Below are positions 39,428 through 52,749 of a stretch of 64,000 nt of DNA, one piece after another. The notes under the pieces are model-generated. The model was not told the DNA's origin. It did not search any database and was given only the letters and a program-made list of their open reading frames with translations. The position numbers and the translations under genes were made by a program. The stretch lies in contig OZ024742.1 of NCBI GenBank assembly GCA_964016885.1, positions 236,964,001 through 237,028,000 of the forward strand, read 5' to 3'. This DNA comes from Eledone cirrhosa. Its lineage: Eukaryota. Numbering within the stretch: the stretch's first letter is position 1; every line of letters starts with the position of its first letter.

Positions 39428-40219
39428 GTACTGATGCATTATAATACAAAGGTCTAATCTTGTCACATATTGTGTCACGCCGAATCTGCCTGAGAAATGC
39501 GTTAAGGGTACACGTTTATTTTTTTACTATTTTGTCAAGGAGAGAAGAAAAGTGCCTGCACCCCTTTTCAAAGCCTCCATGGCTGAGGGAAGGGAAAGTG
39601 TTCTGAAACCAGAACCCTGGTTTGAATGCTAGAAACAGAATGGACTATTCTAAAGGTGGCTAAGAATGCTTGAAATACTCAAACACTTACACATTAATTG
39701 ACGAGTAGGACAGTCAGTTGATCATCTTATCTTAATTGTCATACATTACCCTATACATAAGACTGTACTAGTCAAAGTATCCTATTTAAACGATTGATTC
39801 TTAACGATGCAGCCTTGTTATATATCGTCATGCGAATTCAGCTTGAGAATTATTTTAAGCGTATAAATTGTCTGTAGAATACTCAACTGGACAAAATGGT
39901 TTCGACGATGAATGTTTCATTCATTCGATCTGTCTGCTCCTGAAATTAACGTGCAAGTGACTGAGCGTTCCAAAGACACGAGTACCCTTTATATAATTCT
40001 CAGGGAGATTCAATGTGACTGAATCTGATGAGGCTGCTTTGAACTATCAATACAGTCCATCAAATAGACTTCTACACAGTTTCCGTCTACTCAATTTTAA
40101 TCAGAAAGTATATGTCAACTCGAGGCTACGATAAATAACATTTTTCCAAAGTGCCATGCAATGAAATCGAACCCGGGATTTAAGGATTGTGAATCAATCT
40201 TCTTAACCATTCGGCCATA

Positions 40220-41690
40220 CTGGACCTTCAATCGATGGTTCCTGTCCTGGCAGGAATCGGCCTCCAGGTCAACTGGTCCAAGTCGGAGGTGGTGAATGTC
40301 AGCTATGATGCTGAGAGCTTTTCAGCCTCCATCTTGGATGTGCGGTCCATTTCCACCAGGTACAGGTGACCCCCAAAGCGGATGTCCTCATCCTCTGGTC
40401 ACCGATCCACTCGCCGGCCATCCGCTCCACCATCAGGTCTAGGCTCCAACAACTCCAGACCCTCACGAGCCGACTGGCTTGATCGACGGCCACCCAGCTC
40501 TATTCCTGTTGAGGAACTGCTTTGCCATGCCGAAGCTCCTCTACACCCTTCCCAGAGCTCCGTGCTACATCCATGCATCTCTCCTCACTGACCTTGATAC
40601 TTGTATCCGAGCGGCAGCTGAGGAGATATGCAACCTCAGGTTTGACAACATTGGATGGCAACAGGCCACTTTACCTGTCAGTTATGGCGGCCTTGGCCTC
40701 CGGTCCCCGATTTCGCTGACTTTGCCGGCGTTTCTTTCATCGGTAACCTCATGCCGCGTCCTCGCCAGCAGGGTTCTCCAAAGCACAATAGAACCCTCTG
40801 TGTTCAGGGCACGTGAGGTCGCCTGTAAGACATGGGACAGGCTGGGACTTAGCCCGGTAGACGTCCCTCCTCCTTCTCCCCCAAAGCGTATGGGATGCCA
40901 TCCAGTGCAGCCTGGCCTCAGACAGGCTCACGCGCCAATTCGACCAGCACCGTCTTGCCTGTTTTCGCGTGGCCTCCAAACCCCACAGTAGTACCTGGCT
41001 CCATGCATTACCCTTCTTCTCCACAGGAACGCAGCTGGATATCGGTATCCTGCGCATCGGCGTACCCTTGAGGCTTGGACTCCGGAACTCCGAGCCACAT
41101 AAATGTCGCTGTGGATCCACCGTGGACTCTTTCGGACTCCACCCGCTTTCCTGTGGCCACAGTGCCGGCCGCCTTTCTGCTCTCAACGAGGTCATTAAGC
41201 ATGGCTTGGGCGCTGCAGGCTTCCCTTCCCAGCTCGAGCCGGTGGGGCTGGACCGAGGGGACGGCAAAAGGCCAGACGGTATGACCATCTTCCCTACCGC
41301 GGTGGCAAACCCCTCTCCTGGGATGCCACTTGCACCGACACTTTCTGCAACCGCAACCTGGTGCAGTCTGCGACTGACCCAGGTTCTGCTGCACGTCGGG
41401 CTGAGGGGGCCAAACTCTTCAAATACCGGTCGCTCTCCGACAGGTTTGCGGTCGTACCCCTGGCAGTGGAGACTTCTGGTGTCCTCGGCCCCAGGGCTAT
41501 CTCCTTACTCACCACCATAGGCTCTGAGCTGGCCAGCCGCAGGTGTGAGCCCCGCGAGTTGGAGTGGCTCTTCCAGCGCGTCTCCCTTGCCATCCTCCGA
41601 GGAAACGCCTTCTCTACCCTGTCCGCCGGGGCTGTGGGGAGGCCACCATACGGATTAATAGGCAAAGTTATAAACTATTGTAAATAAGTC
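40220..41690 (+). mobile_element. CRE-clade non-LTR retrotransposon, 3' part, frameshifted
   Basis: LRNCFAMPKLLY, ATLPVSYGGLGLR, WLHALP, CRCG..HPLSC, KRPDG, VPLAVETSG, QRVSLAILRGNA; a GC-rich island. Confidence 0.88.
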
Positions 41691-42842
41691 ATTAGACTAG
41701 TATTCTATTCATAGTTACTATTTATACCTTAATTTACAAGTTCGACGTTCAATTGATCAAACGACTGAACGATCAACGTCGAAACCGACGGAGGATTTAT
41801 GTATTTTTATTCCCATAACCAATCCTTGTCATGTAGAATCGATCACCAGACATATTCAATACTGATCAGTCATGTCAGTGTTTCAATAAGTTCCTAAAAA
41901 GATATTTCTGAAATGACTTTTATGGTGTTTATCATTATATCTTACTGTGCGTGTGTTTATGTGTTTCAGTGTGTATGTTGGTGTATATATCTTTGTTTGT
42001 ATGTGTATGTCTGTGTGTATGTAAATTTATGTAAGTATATAAGTTTGTGTATATATGTTTGTTTGTGCGTGTATGTCTGTGTATGTAAATTTATGTTAGT
42101 TTGTATGTGCCTGACTGTAAGTATATAAGTGTGTGTATATATGTTTGTATATAAATGTGTATCTATATATGTGCATATATTTGTGGAAGTGTATATGTGT
42201 GAATGTACGTGAATGTGCGTATATGTATGTGTGTAAACGCGTCTTTTAATGTGTGTGTATGCGTTAGTGTGAATTTATGTGTGTAAGGTTGTATGCACTT
42301 GCTTATAAGTATGTGTGTGAGTGTGCACGTGCGTATGGAAGTACCTGTGTATTTGTATATGTGTGTGCGCGTGTGTGTATAAGTGTGTTTATGTGTGTAT
42401 AAGTGTTTGTGTGTATGTGTGCGTGTGTATAAAGTGTGTGTGTGTATGTGTGTATAAGTGTTTGTGTGTATGTGTGCGTGTGTGTCTATGTGTGTATATG
42501 TGTGTGCTTACGTGAAAACATCCATCAATGTCAAATGTTTCAACAATCCTTTGGTGTATAATTCTGAAGATCTTTTTACGGTGTCCGCCATGAATATGTC
42601 TAAACATTTGTATTTGTACATGTGTGTGTGAGTGTGTTTGTCCATCTGTGTGTGTGTGCCAGCGAGTATATATATATATGTGTGTATGTGTGCGTGTGTG
42701 TATATGTGTGTACGTGTGTGTGAGTGTGCGCGCGCTAGCGTGTGTGTGTGCTTGTTGAGCTGAAAATGTCCATTATTTCAAAATCTCAACTCCTTTGTGT
42801 ATTACTGAAGTTCTTTTATGGTGTTAATGTGTGTGAATGTGT

Positions 42843-42925
<83 letters not shown>

Positions 42926-43269
42926 CTGTGTCTAAGTATGAGTGTCTGTGCGTGTGTATTTGTGTGTATGTGTGTGTGTGTGTGTGTGCGTGTGTGTGTA
43001 TGTGTGTGTCTGTGTGTGACTGTGTATGTATCAGAAAATGTCCGTTGCATAAAAATTTCTTACGGTGCATATGAGTATGTTTAAGTATGTGTGTCTGGTT
43101 GTGCGTGTATATTTGTGTGTGTTTGTGTATATGTGTCTACTTCTTATGCACCATGCAATAATCTGTGTTTTGTTAGCAAAGTTACCTGTTTCAAATGTTG
43201 TGTAATAGAAATAATCTTTATTGATTTCTTTTGTAATTTGAGGCCTTGTTTTTTATTAATAGATCAATA

Positions 43270-43460
43270 AGGACGGTGGATTAGCAGAATCGTTAGAGCA
43301 TCGAAAAACATATTTTGTGACATTTAGTCATTAAAGGCTTATTAAAGGCTAATACAATTCTGAGTTCAAATCCCACTGAAGTCAAAATTGCCTTTCCATC
43401 CTTCCGAGGTAAATAAAATAAATTACCAGTCAGTACCAGTTGAGGTAATCGAACCCGCAC
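43270..43460 (+). mobile_element. SINE family A (diverged)
   Basis: GGACGGTGGATTAGCAGAATCG..GAGTTCAAATCCC..GCCTTTCCATCCTTCCGAGG. Confidence 0.7.
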
Positions 43461-43609
43461 CACCGCCACCACCTCCACAACTACTAAAAAGGTTCTGACA
43501 TATTGCCTGTGTTATAAACCATTCACAAATAAAGACATTAGAGTAACCAATCGTCATATTGGACCAAGGATTGAATTTATGTACGTATATGTATATATAC
43601 ATACATTCA

Positions 43610-43817
<208 letters not shown>

Positions 43818-43960
43818 TAACAGTTTATATATATCAAGTAAGAATATTTTCGAAACAGCGAGTGGATTTTTCAAATGCACTCGCTGTTTCGAAAATATTC
43901 TTACTTGACATTAGAGTCGCTAAGTTTATAGCTTCTAATTTGAATGGAAAAAAGACGGGT

Positions 43961-44032
43961 GATGTGTTGGTGTAAATGGTAGCACAGTGGTCCAGATAAC
44001 CAAAGATGTGGGTTCGACTCCCATGTACGTCA
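43961..44032 (+). ncRNA. tRNA-like cloverleaf (pseudo-tRNA or Pol III head), not a credible decoding tRNA
   Basis: Acceptor GATGTGT/GTACGTC, D arm GTGT/GCAC, anticodon arm TGGT/ACCA with loop CCAGATA, T arm GTGGG-TTCGACT-CCCAT. C33, T37 and the short variable arm are atypical for anticodon AGA. Confidence 0.65.
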
Positions 44033-44174
44033 ATACTCGTCTTTTTCCATTTCTCCGAGGGTTCTTAACCCCACTATCAGGCTAAATAATTTCTTTAATT
44101 TCTTTAGTCAAAATACGGCGATTAGCTAACATTTCTAATAATATATATATATATATATGTATATAATATATATA

Positions 44175-44775
44175 TATAAGTATGTATACGTACATACATA
44201 TATGTATACAGACGTACAGTAGTATGTATATATATATACATACATGCACACATATATATATATATGTACGTATGGATTCACCGAACATTTATTATAATGC
44301 TCGGTGTGTTTGTAAACAAACATCCCGAATTAAGCCGTACAGTGTCTAGCAACCATCGTTTTGGGTACCCTTTCGTTAACTCACTTTCGGTACCCTTTCG
44401 TTAACTCACTCGATATGCAAATTAGGCTGCTCAGCCGTTAATATGCATAAGGAAAGTATATACTTTCAGACGTTCAACCATCTGGCAGGAAGGTATACGT
44501 TGCTGACGATAGCTAATAAGCTTGAAACTAGTACAGCGTTCCTTTGTCAGTGTTGAACAAATGAGCAACGATGGTTGCTAGACACTGTACGGCTTAATTC
44601 GGGATGTTTGTTTACAAACACACCGAGCATTATAATAAATGTTCGGTGAATCGATACGTACATGTATGTATATATATATATACATACTACTGTACGTCTG
44701 TATACATATATGTATGTACGTATACATACTTATATTTAAGTAACAGCCGTACTAAGAGTGATTTTCATTTTTTCC

Positions 44776-44780
<5 letters not shown>
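44175..44780 (+). mobile_element. Family Z cassette with inverted arms (~44175-44360 / ~44567-44733)
   Basis: Reverse-complement arms; homologous to 11270-12022; TA flanks. Confidence 0.75.
44497..44539 (+). ncRNA. Minimal type I hammerhead ribozyme
   Basis: ACGTTG-CTGACGA-TAGCT-AATA-AGCTT-GAAA-CTAG-TA-CAGCGT. Confidence 0.85.
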
Positions 44781-44820
<40 letters not shown>

Positions 44821-45154
44821 CAAGAATCGTATTTCGGCTTAGGAATTAACGAAAAACAACTTCCGAGATGTGTGGCAAGCGCTCGATGATTCAGAATGAA
44901 TCAGAGCTACAACATACGTAAAAGGCCAAACACACTGAGATGATGGTTAAACAAAACATCCGCACAGCCAAAGAAACAACCAAGTAATTCGAGTCAAACA
45001 ATAAAAATATATGTGATTAAAAATTTACCCGGACCCCTGGATGGTTGGTATAATCCAGTATTTGGGTTTCTGCGACTCCTAAATCATGTACTGTCCGCTT
45101 ATATAAAAAATGTTAGGCTTCTGGTAAGATGATTGAACAAGGAAGCGACTTTAT

Positions 45155-45274
<120 letters not shown>

Positions 45275-45289
45275 ATGTATATATATATA

Positions 45290-45317
<28 letters not shown>

Positions 45318-45325
<8 letters not shown>

Positions 45326-46145
45326 ACTAGAGGTTGATTAACATATAAATATACATGAATAATCACAGGAGATAATTTTTGCTCGCGTGTAACCACGCAT
45401 AGCTAGTATAGGTAATGTTTACCTTTAAGAGTGATTAACCTTTCCTTGTATATATCCCATTAAAGAAATATATTTCACCAATTAATCAGATGGTAAGTCA
45501 CGGATAGTGGATATTATTGGATTGTCAGCAAGGAAAGTTTAATAATTTCCAGCTATTCGTCCTTACAGAGTGAGTTCAAATCTTCAACTAGCCGTCACCA
45601 CGCGTTGCGCCCACACAAGATAGCGGTTTCATTTCAGTGGCGTGAATAGGTATTCGACAACTAGAAATAGCAGTCAAATTCTCTTCAACAGAAATAGCTC
45701 TACAATTAAGGAGCCGTATATATATATCTAAATCCAAAATTACGATAAAATGAATTAAATGAATTTAATCGAAATCGAAATCATGGGTGCCATGACATAA
45801 TGCATGCGCCATAAATCCTGGGAATTTAAGCTCAAAGATAAATCCGATTAATTGGTGAAATATATTTCTTTAATGGGATATATACAAGGAAAGGTTAATC
45901 ACTCTTAAAGGTAAATATTACCTATACTAGCTATGCGTGGTTACACACGAGCAAAAATTATCTCCTGTGATTATTCATGTATATTTATATGTTAATCAAC
46001 TTCTAGTTATTATAATATGCTCGGATTTATCTTTGAGCTTAAATTCCCAGGATTTATGGCGCATGCATTATGTCATGGCACCCATGATTTCGATTTAGAT
46101 TAAATTCATTTAATTCAGTTTATCGTAATTTTGGATTTAGATATA
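45318..46145. repeat. Interlocked inverted repeats A..B-A'-B' between TA tracts
   Basis: A 45318-45490 / A' 45845-46013; B 45720-45847 / B' 46021-46145. Confidence 0.8.
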
Positions 46146-46228
46146 TATATATATATATATACATTTATATATAAAAAAAAAAATATATATATATACATAT
46201 ATACATATATATACATTATATATATATA

Positions 46229-46262
<34 letters not shown>

Positions 46263-46263
46263 G

Positions 46264-46399
<136 letters not shown>

Positions 46400-47079
46400 T
46401 GTGTGTGTCTGTGTGTGTGTGTGTGTGTGTCTGTGTGTGTATGTGTGTGTGTCTGTGTGTGTGTGTGTGTGTGTCTGTGTGTGTATGTGTGTGTGTGTGT
46501 GTGTGTGTAGCGAAATCTGTCCACGCCTTGAACCGTGGATGACACCTAAAGCTCAAACTCTAGGTCACCACCCTTTTGGTGTGAACAGGATTATTGGTGG
46601 GCTATCCCCTCAAGGTGGGAGACAGAAAGCGACAGCTATATAAAGCCTATATTTTCCCACCTTACATACAGAGAGATCAGAGCATTACGATACAGACCAG
46701 CTATGTAAGGATTCACCGCTATCTACAGGCCACAGTGGTCTACAGTCAATTACAGACCCTTACCCTCTCTCTCTCTCTCTTTCTCTCCTGGTCGCAGACT
46801 AAACCAGACTCACGACAAGAACTACTACCACGGACTGCAATCTTTATCTGGTCGCTGGCGGTTTTCATATCAACAAGAAAATAACATTGTCAACCTTCGC
46901 AACTCGTGGTAACTTGATTATTCTTCTTTTTGACTCAACTGAAGTAAACCTTTATATATAAACTAAATCATTTATTCTTGTTATTACATCTAACAATTAT
47001 GTTAAATCATTCTAACTGGGCTGGGTAATTGCTGGCCTTGTGCCTAAAGTAGAAACAATTTCTTGTTTATACCCTTCGT

Positions 47080-47230
<151 letters not shown>

Positions 47231-47242
47231 GTATATATGTGA

Positions 47243-47685
47243 CTCTTAAGAGTCAATGGCCATCCAAAATCACCGGGAGAGATGACCCCTTAGCCTTTGT
47301 CAAGGCAGAATTCTAGGAGAAGGAAAACTCTGATATAACACCTGCAACCCTGATGGTATCCAATGATGTTGACTTGTTCTTCTTTTTGGTAAATATCATC
47401 TCGGTTAAGAGAGTGGGACTGGCTTTGTGCAGTGCCTTTGCTCACTATAAAAGCTTCACGGCACAGGCATTGCTTTATATCTGGCGATCTCTCTGCACTT
47501 GTCATCACATGGTATCATGGGCCCAGCACTATGTGTCAATAATTGTCGGAAGTGTAGTGTTTGTACCAGAGTTTTCAAGTCGCTGGCTGGACTAAAAAGT
47601 CACACTCGTTCAGCGCATCGGTAGGGGTTCTCCTACATGGATATAAAGTAGTGGCCGTATTCGAAAACGAGTTGGCAGCCACCAT
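47243..47685 (+). mobile_element. Second copy of the RTE-related non-autonomous element (5'-truncated), in (TA)n
   Basis: Highly similar to 3590-4030. Confidence 0.7.
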
Positions 47686-47702
47686 ATATGTGTATATATA
47701 TG

Positions 47703-47739
<37 letters not shown>

Positions 47740-48048
47740 GTGTATATATATATATATATGTATATATATGTATATAAATATGTATATATATATGTATATA
47801 AATATGTATATATATATATGTATATATGTATATATATGTATATAAATATGTATATATATATGTATATAAATATGTATATATATATGTATATATGTTTATA
47901 TATATGTATATATATATATGTGTATATATATATGTATATATATATGTATATATATGTGTATATATATATGTATATATATGTATATATATATGTATATATA
48001 TATATGTATATATATATATATGTATATATGTATATGTATATATATGTA

Positions 48049-48079
<31 letters not shown>

Positions 48080-48088
48080 ATATATATG

Positions 48089-48126
<38 letters not shown>

Positions 48127-48138
48127 TGTATATATATG

Positions 48139-48215
<77 letters not shown>

Positions 48216-48219
<4 letters not shown>

Positions 48220-48778
48220 TTTCTGAATTTGTTTAGCAAGATTCTTTATCTGAAATCGTGTGTTGAAACCGATATTGTTATACTTTGGGAGGGTCATGTT
48301 GCCAATAAGAAACACACGCACCAGTTGCTTTCACTTCAATTTAATTTAATATATATTTATAAATTTACAAATTTATAAATTTCTGGTTGGTTGGTTGGTT
48401 CCACAACCAGATAGTTGTTTATATATATATAGTCATAGTTCTTTCGTCACACACTCTGTGACCTCTTCAGTGACTGGGGATTTCTTTCTTCGTTTCTGTG
48501 CCTTTCCTTTCTTCTATCCTACGCCATTTTCTGGCGTAGGATAGAAGAAAGGAAAGGCACAGAAACGAAGAAAGAAATCCCCAGTCACTGAAGAGGTCAC
48601 AGAGTGTGTGACGAAAGAACTATGACTATATATATATAAACAACTATCTGGTTGTGGAACCAACCAACCAACCAGAAATTTATAAATTTGTAAATTTATA
48701 AATATATATTAAATTAAATTGAAGTGAAAGCAACTGGTGCGTGTGTTTCTTATTGGCAACATGACCCTCCCAAAGTAT

Positions 48779-48786
<8 letters not shown>
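48216..48786 (-). mobile_element. Family V fold-back cassette: 255-bp arms (48272-48526 / 48532-48786) plus tail
   Basis: Arms appear identical by eye with a 5-nt spacer; hammerhead in each arm; TA flanks. Confidence 0.85.
48583..48627 (+). ncRNA. Type I hammerhead ribozyme (mirror copy 48431-48475 on -)
   Basis: AGTCA-CTGAAGA-G-GTCACA-GAGTG-TGTGAC-GAAA-GAAC-TA-TGACT. Confidence 0.85.
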
Positions 48787-48820
<34 letters not shown>

Positions 48821-48822
<2 letters not shown>

Positions 48823-50643
48823 CTTTGATAACTTTGGTAGGTTTCGGCCAGTATTAGCCCAGACCATGCCTAACTTAATAGCACAACCTGGCGAAGTCTT
48901 TCAAATCAGGATTTCGCCACCATGGCTCACTCAAGTAGAGAGTTATTGTTTACGGAGGCATATCTGGGTGTAGGAGGTTTATCTGGGATTTCTTGAAGGA
49001 ATTTGTCCAAAGACATCTGGAACTTTATGGGGTACGTTTCTGCTTTAATGTGTTTTGGTGTAATGTTAAAGAGAGCAGGGCCAATTGAAGTGAAATAATT
49101 GTGCCGTATTGTTGTTATAAGGTGCGAGTGAGACTTTTGTCGTTGGCGGATAGATCGGGGCCCAAGCCTTGGGTGTACCTTAAAGGTGATGCCAACATCA
49201 TTTGGGCAATGCTGATGGAATATTTTCCACATCATGCAAACAATGTAGCACTCACGGCGACGTTGGAGAGAATAAAGGTCGAGCTTTTCTAATCGACTCC
49301 AATAGTCAAGGCTTATCCTGCCATCTATCTTTTTTGTAATTGACCTTTGGAGTGCTTCAACTTTCATGATATTTTGTTTCGTGTGTGGAGACCACAGTGA
49401 ACAACAGTATTCAAGGTGGGGTCGGGCAAAAGTGGAAAAGAGAAGGATAACAGTGTGGATATCTCTTGACTGGGAGGTTCTGAGAATCCTGGAACACATT
49501 ATGCGGGCCATGACAACTTTGCTGTTTATTTGAGTGGTCCAGCTTATGTTGTTATCCACAATTACTCCCAAGTAATGCCACGAGAGTTTCACCTGAAGGA
49601 AGAAAGTATAGGAGTTTCAGGGCATCCTTTTTCCAAAGTAGATTAACTCGAACTTATTCCTCATTCAGCAGCATATTGTTCTTTTCTGTCTATTGGATAA
49701 CAGCCAGTAGGTCCGACTGAAAGCAAGTCCGGTGACCCACCTCATTGATGACCCTTTGGAGCTTGGAATCATCTGCGAAGATTCTTATGTTGCTGTGCTT
49801 GATGATGTCAGTAATGTCGTAAATGTAGATGATGAAAAGAAGTGGGCCCAACACAGTGCTTTGTGAGACGCCACTGCTGACTTTGGCTGGGCTTGATTTT
49901 ACTTCTTTGACTACAATATGTTGGGTTTTGTCTGTCAGGAAACACTTGATCCACTGTAGTAACTTTCCAGAGACACCAATATTGGATAGTGTTTTCAATA
50001 GAATCTTATGATCAACTCTGTCAAAGGCCTTGCTGAAATCAAGGTAGATGACATCAATGCTGGAGCCCTCTCCCAAAGCTCTCAAAACATCATGAAAGTG
50101 ATGCAGGAGCTGCGTTAGGCAATCCCTTCCATTACGGAACCCATGTTGGTTGGAGTTCAGCAGTCCGTTGCTTTCGAGAAAGAGGGTTATTCCTGATCTC
50201 ACCACCGTCTCAAATATGTTGATGATATGAGAGGTGAGAGAGATCGGACGGCAGTTCACTGCAAGGGACTTATTTCCCTTTTTGAAAACTGGGACAACGG
50301 ATTGGGACAGAAAGTGTTCAGGAATATCGCCAGTATCCAGTGAGTTCCTCCACAGATTAGCAAGAGGAGATGCAAGTTGGTGTCGACACACCTTTAGGAC
50401 ACAAGCAGGGAACCTATCGGGGTCTACTGCTGAATTGTGTTTAATTTCGTTTATTGCCGCTAAGACATCAGGGGCGTCAAACGTTATGTCCGATATAGTG
50501 TGTTGGGGATTAAGATCACTGATACGGCCCAGATCGGCCATATCAGGGTTGCTGAAAACAGAGCAGTATTGTTTCTGCAGTATCTGGCCTATGATTTTGG
50601 CATTATCTTGGAGTGTGCCATTTTCATCAATTAGAGAGCCAAC
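48821..50643 (-). mobile_element. Decayed 5'-truncated relative of the 6762-10762 LINE, in (TA)n
   Basis: RT ORF pieces 49690-50541 and 48927-49592 are colinear with ORF2; same 3' terminus. Confidence 0.92.
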
Positions 50644-50644
50644 G

Positions 50645-50702
<58 letters not shown>

Positions 50703-50704
50703 TT

Positions 50705-50793
<89 letters not shown>

Positions 50794-51150
50794 CAGGGTG
50801 GAGAGGGAAGTGCTGCATTACAACCAGTTTGTTGAAAGGTGGGTGAGAGTGGCAAGCATGGTCCGTGTGAATGGACCCGCTTTGAGAATACGCCTGTAGA
50901 TTGGAATAGAAAGACTGGGAGAGGGTACTTTGCCCTGGCAGACAGGGTGACCGTGGCTTTTGTGGGACTTTTACACGAGTGACCCTTAGAGTCTCCTCAC
51001 CTTTGGGGAATTTGTTATGTTTGTTTTAATTGTTTATTTTCTTAGCGTTTTATAAATTTTATTTTACGCAAAAAAAAACCACACTGTATCGTTCTGTATC
51101 ATCTTTAATGTTTTCTTAGTGTGAGCCCTGTTTGGCTAATAAAGAAATCC
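50794..51150 (+). mobile_element. Tx1/L1-like 3' end
   Basis: [24 protein letters not shown], then a 3'UTR ending AATAAAGAAA. Confidence 0.75.
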
Positions 51151-51169
51151 TTATTTTCATTATTTTATT

Positions 51170-51510
51170 TTTTTCTTGAAGTCTCAGTCATTGATGTTAT
51201 TTAACTGGAAAGCTTATTCAAATGAACATCAAGCCGCTACCTGCAGCCTCAGATATTCAGGACATATCAGCAAGCTTGCCTTTTGAAGTGCTCCAACAAA
51301 ACGGGGCTAAATGTTTTTTAACCAGCCTTGAAAACTCTTCGAAATAATACCTAGTGCTCCTATAAGAATCGGGACAGTCCCAAATCCTTTTGACAGTCCC
51401 AAATCCTTTTTAATTCCCACTTTAAATCCTGGTATCGGTTAATTTTCTCCCTCTCCTTTTTTTGCACTCGTGTGGCAAAGGGGCAGACTACATTTACAAT
51501 CAGGCACGAT
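51170..51510 (-). mobile_element. R4-like 3' fragment, decayed
   Basis: Homologous to 59050-59410. Confidence 0.65.
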
Positions 51511-51664
51511 CTTGAGTTCAAATCCCGCCGTGATTAACTTTGCCTTTCATCTTTACGTAGTCGATAAAATAAAGTATCAGTCACACACTGGGGTTGATTT
51601 AGTCGACTTTTCCCTCCCCCAAAATTGCTGTCCTTTTGCCTAAATCATAAATCATTGTTATTAT

Positions 51665-52748
51665 TATTGTTGTTGTTCCTGTTTGTGTTTTAGCTCTTCC
51701 TTCATTTTATTTCCATTTCTTGCCGGGGGTCGACCCAACACATAGGGCAGAGAAACTCACTGCCACAAAATAAACACTAGATTGGTCACGTCAAGCACTA
51801 TACACAGTTAGAAGTATATCATTTCCCTGTTTAAAATCATATTATATATGATAATATTCAATCATATAAGTGTGCTAAATTATTTACAACTTATTCAATT
51901 ATGGAATTTAATCTAATAAATTTATGTAGAAACACGTTACATAGATGATTATCTTTCTCACAGCGATAACTCTCTTCTCGATAGATGTGCCGTACCAGTT
52001 AAACAATTCTTTGAACGTCTTGCAATGATGGTGAGCCAAGGATCATTCAAAAACATTTTTTGTTCCTTTTTTCATCATTCCTAGTGATCCTACAATCACT
52101 GGTATTGTAACTGTTTTGAGATGACACATTTTGTTTTCAATTACAATCAGTGAATCTTTATATTTTCTGAGCTTGTCAAATTCTTTTGCCGCAATATTGA
52201 GATCACATGGGATCCTCATATTAATCAATAAACATACTTTGTTATTTTGGTCTTTTACAATAATATTCGGTCTGCTAACTTTATTGGTTCTGTCTATATA
52301 TACAGGAAAGTCACAAATAATCGTTGCATTTTCTCCCTCAGTTTCAGCCACGGGTGATGTTTTTACCACTTGTCAGCAATTTTGATTTTACAATGTCGGT
52401 ATATTAACTAGTATAGATCTTGACTAACTCTGTCATACTTTGATTTATATTGTCTTAATTAAGCGATTAAGTGATCCACTGTTTCAATATCATCATTGCA
52501 GAATCGGCACTCTAGATCAATTCCATTTTTCATTGCATTGGCTTGATAGTTTCGAGTTAATAAGCTCTGACCTTGAGCAGCTAAGATGAACCCATCACTC
52601 TCCGTCTTTAGGCCTAAGCTACGTAACCACTAATGGGTGTGCTTCTGCTCAACATCAGCCTGTTTGTGACGAGTCACATATTTGCTATGCAGAGATTTTT
52701 GCATCCACTTCGATGTTAATTGCTAATGCGCTTTTTCCTTAGCCATTA
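51665..52748 (-). pseudogene. R4-like RLE fragment, decayed
   Basis: GLKTESDGFILAAQ; RPNIIVKD..CLLINM..KLRKYKD..IPVIVGSLG. Confidence 0.75.
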
Positions 52749-52749
52749 C

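Noticed and set aside
43961-44032. Functional tRNA-Ser(AGA) gene
   Set aside because: Lacks the long variable arm, has C33 and T37, three G.U pairs in the acceptor stem and a mismatch at 27-43.
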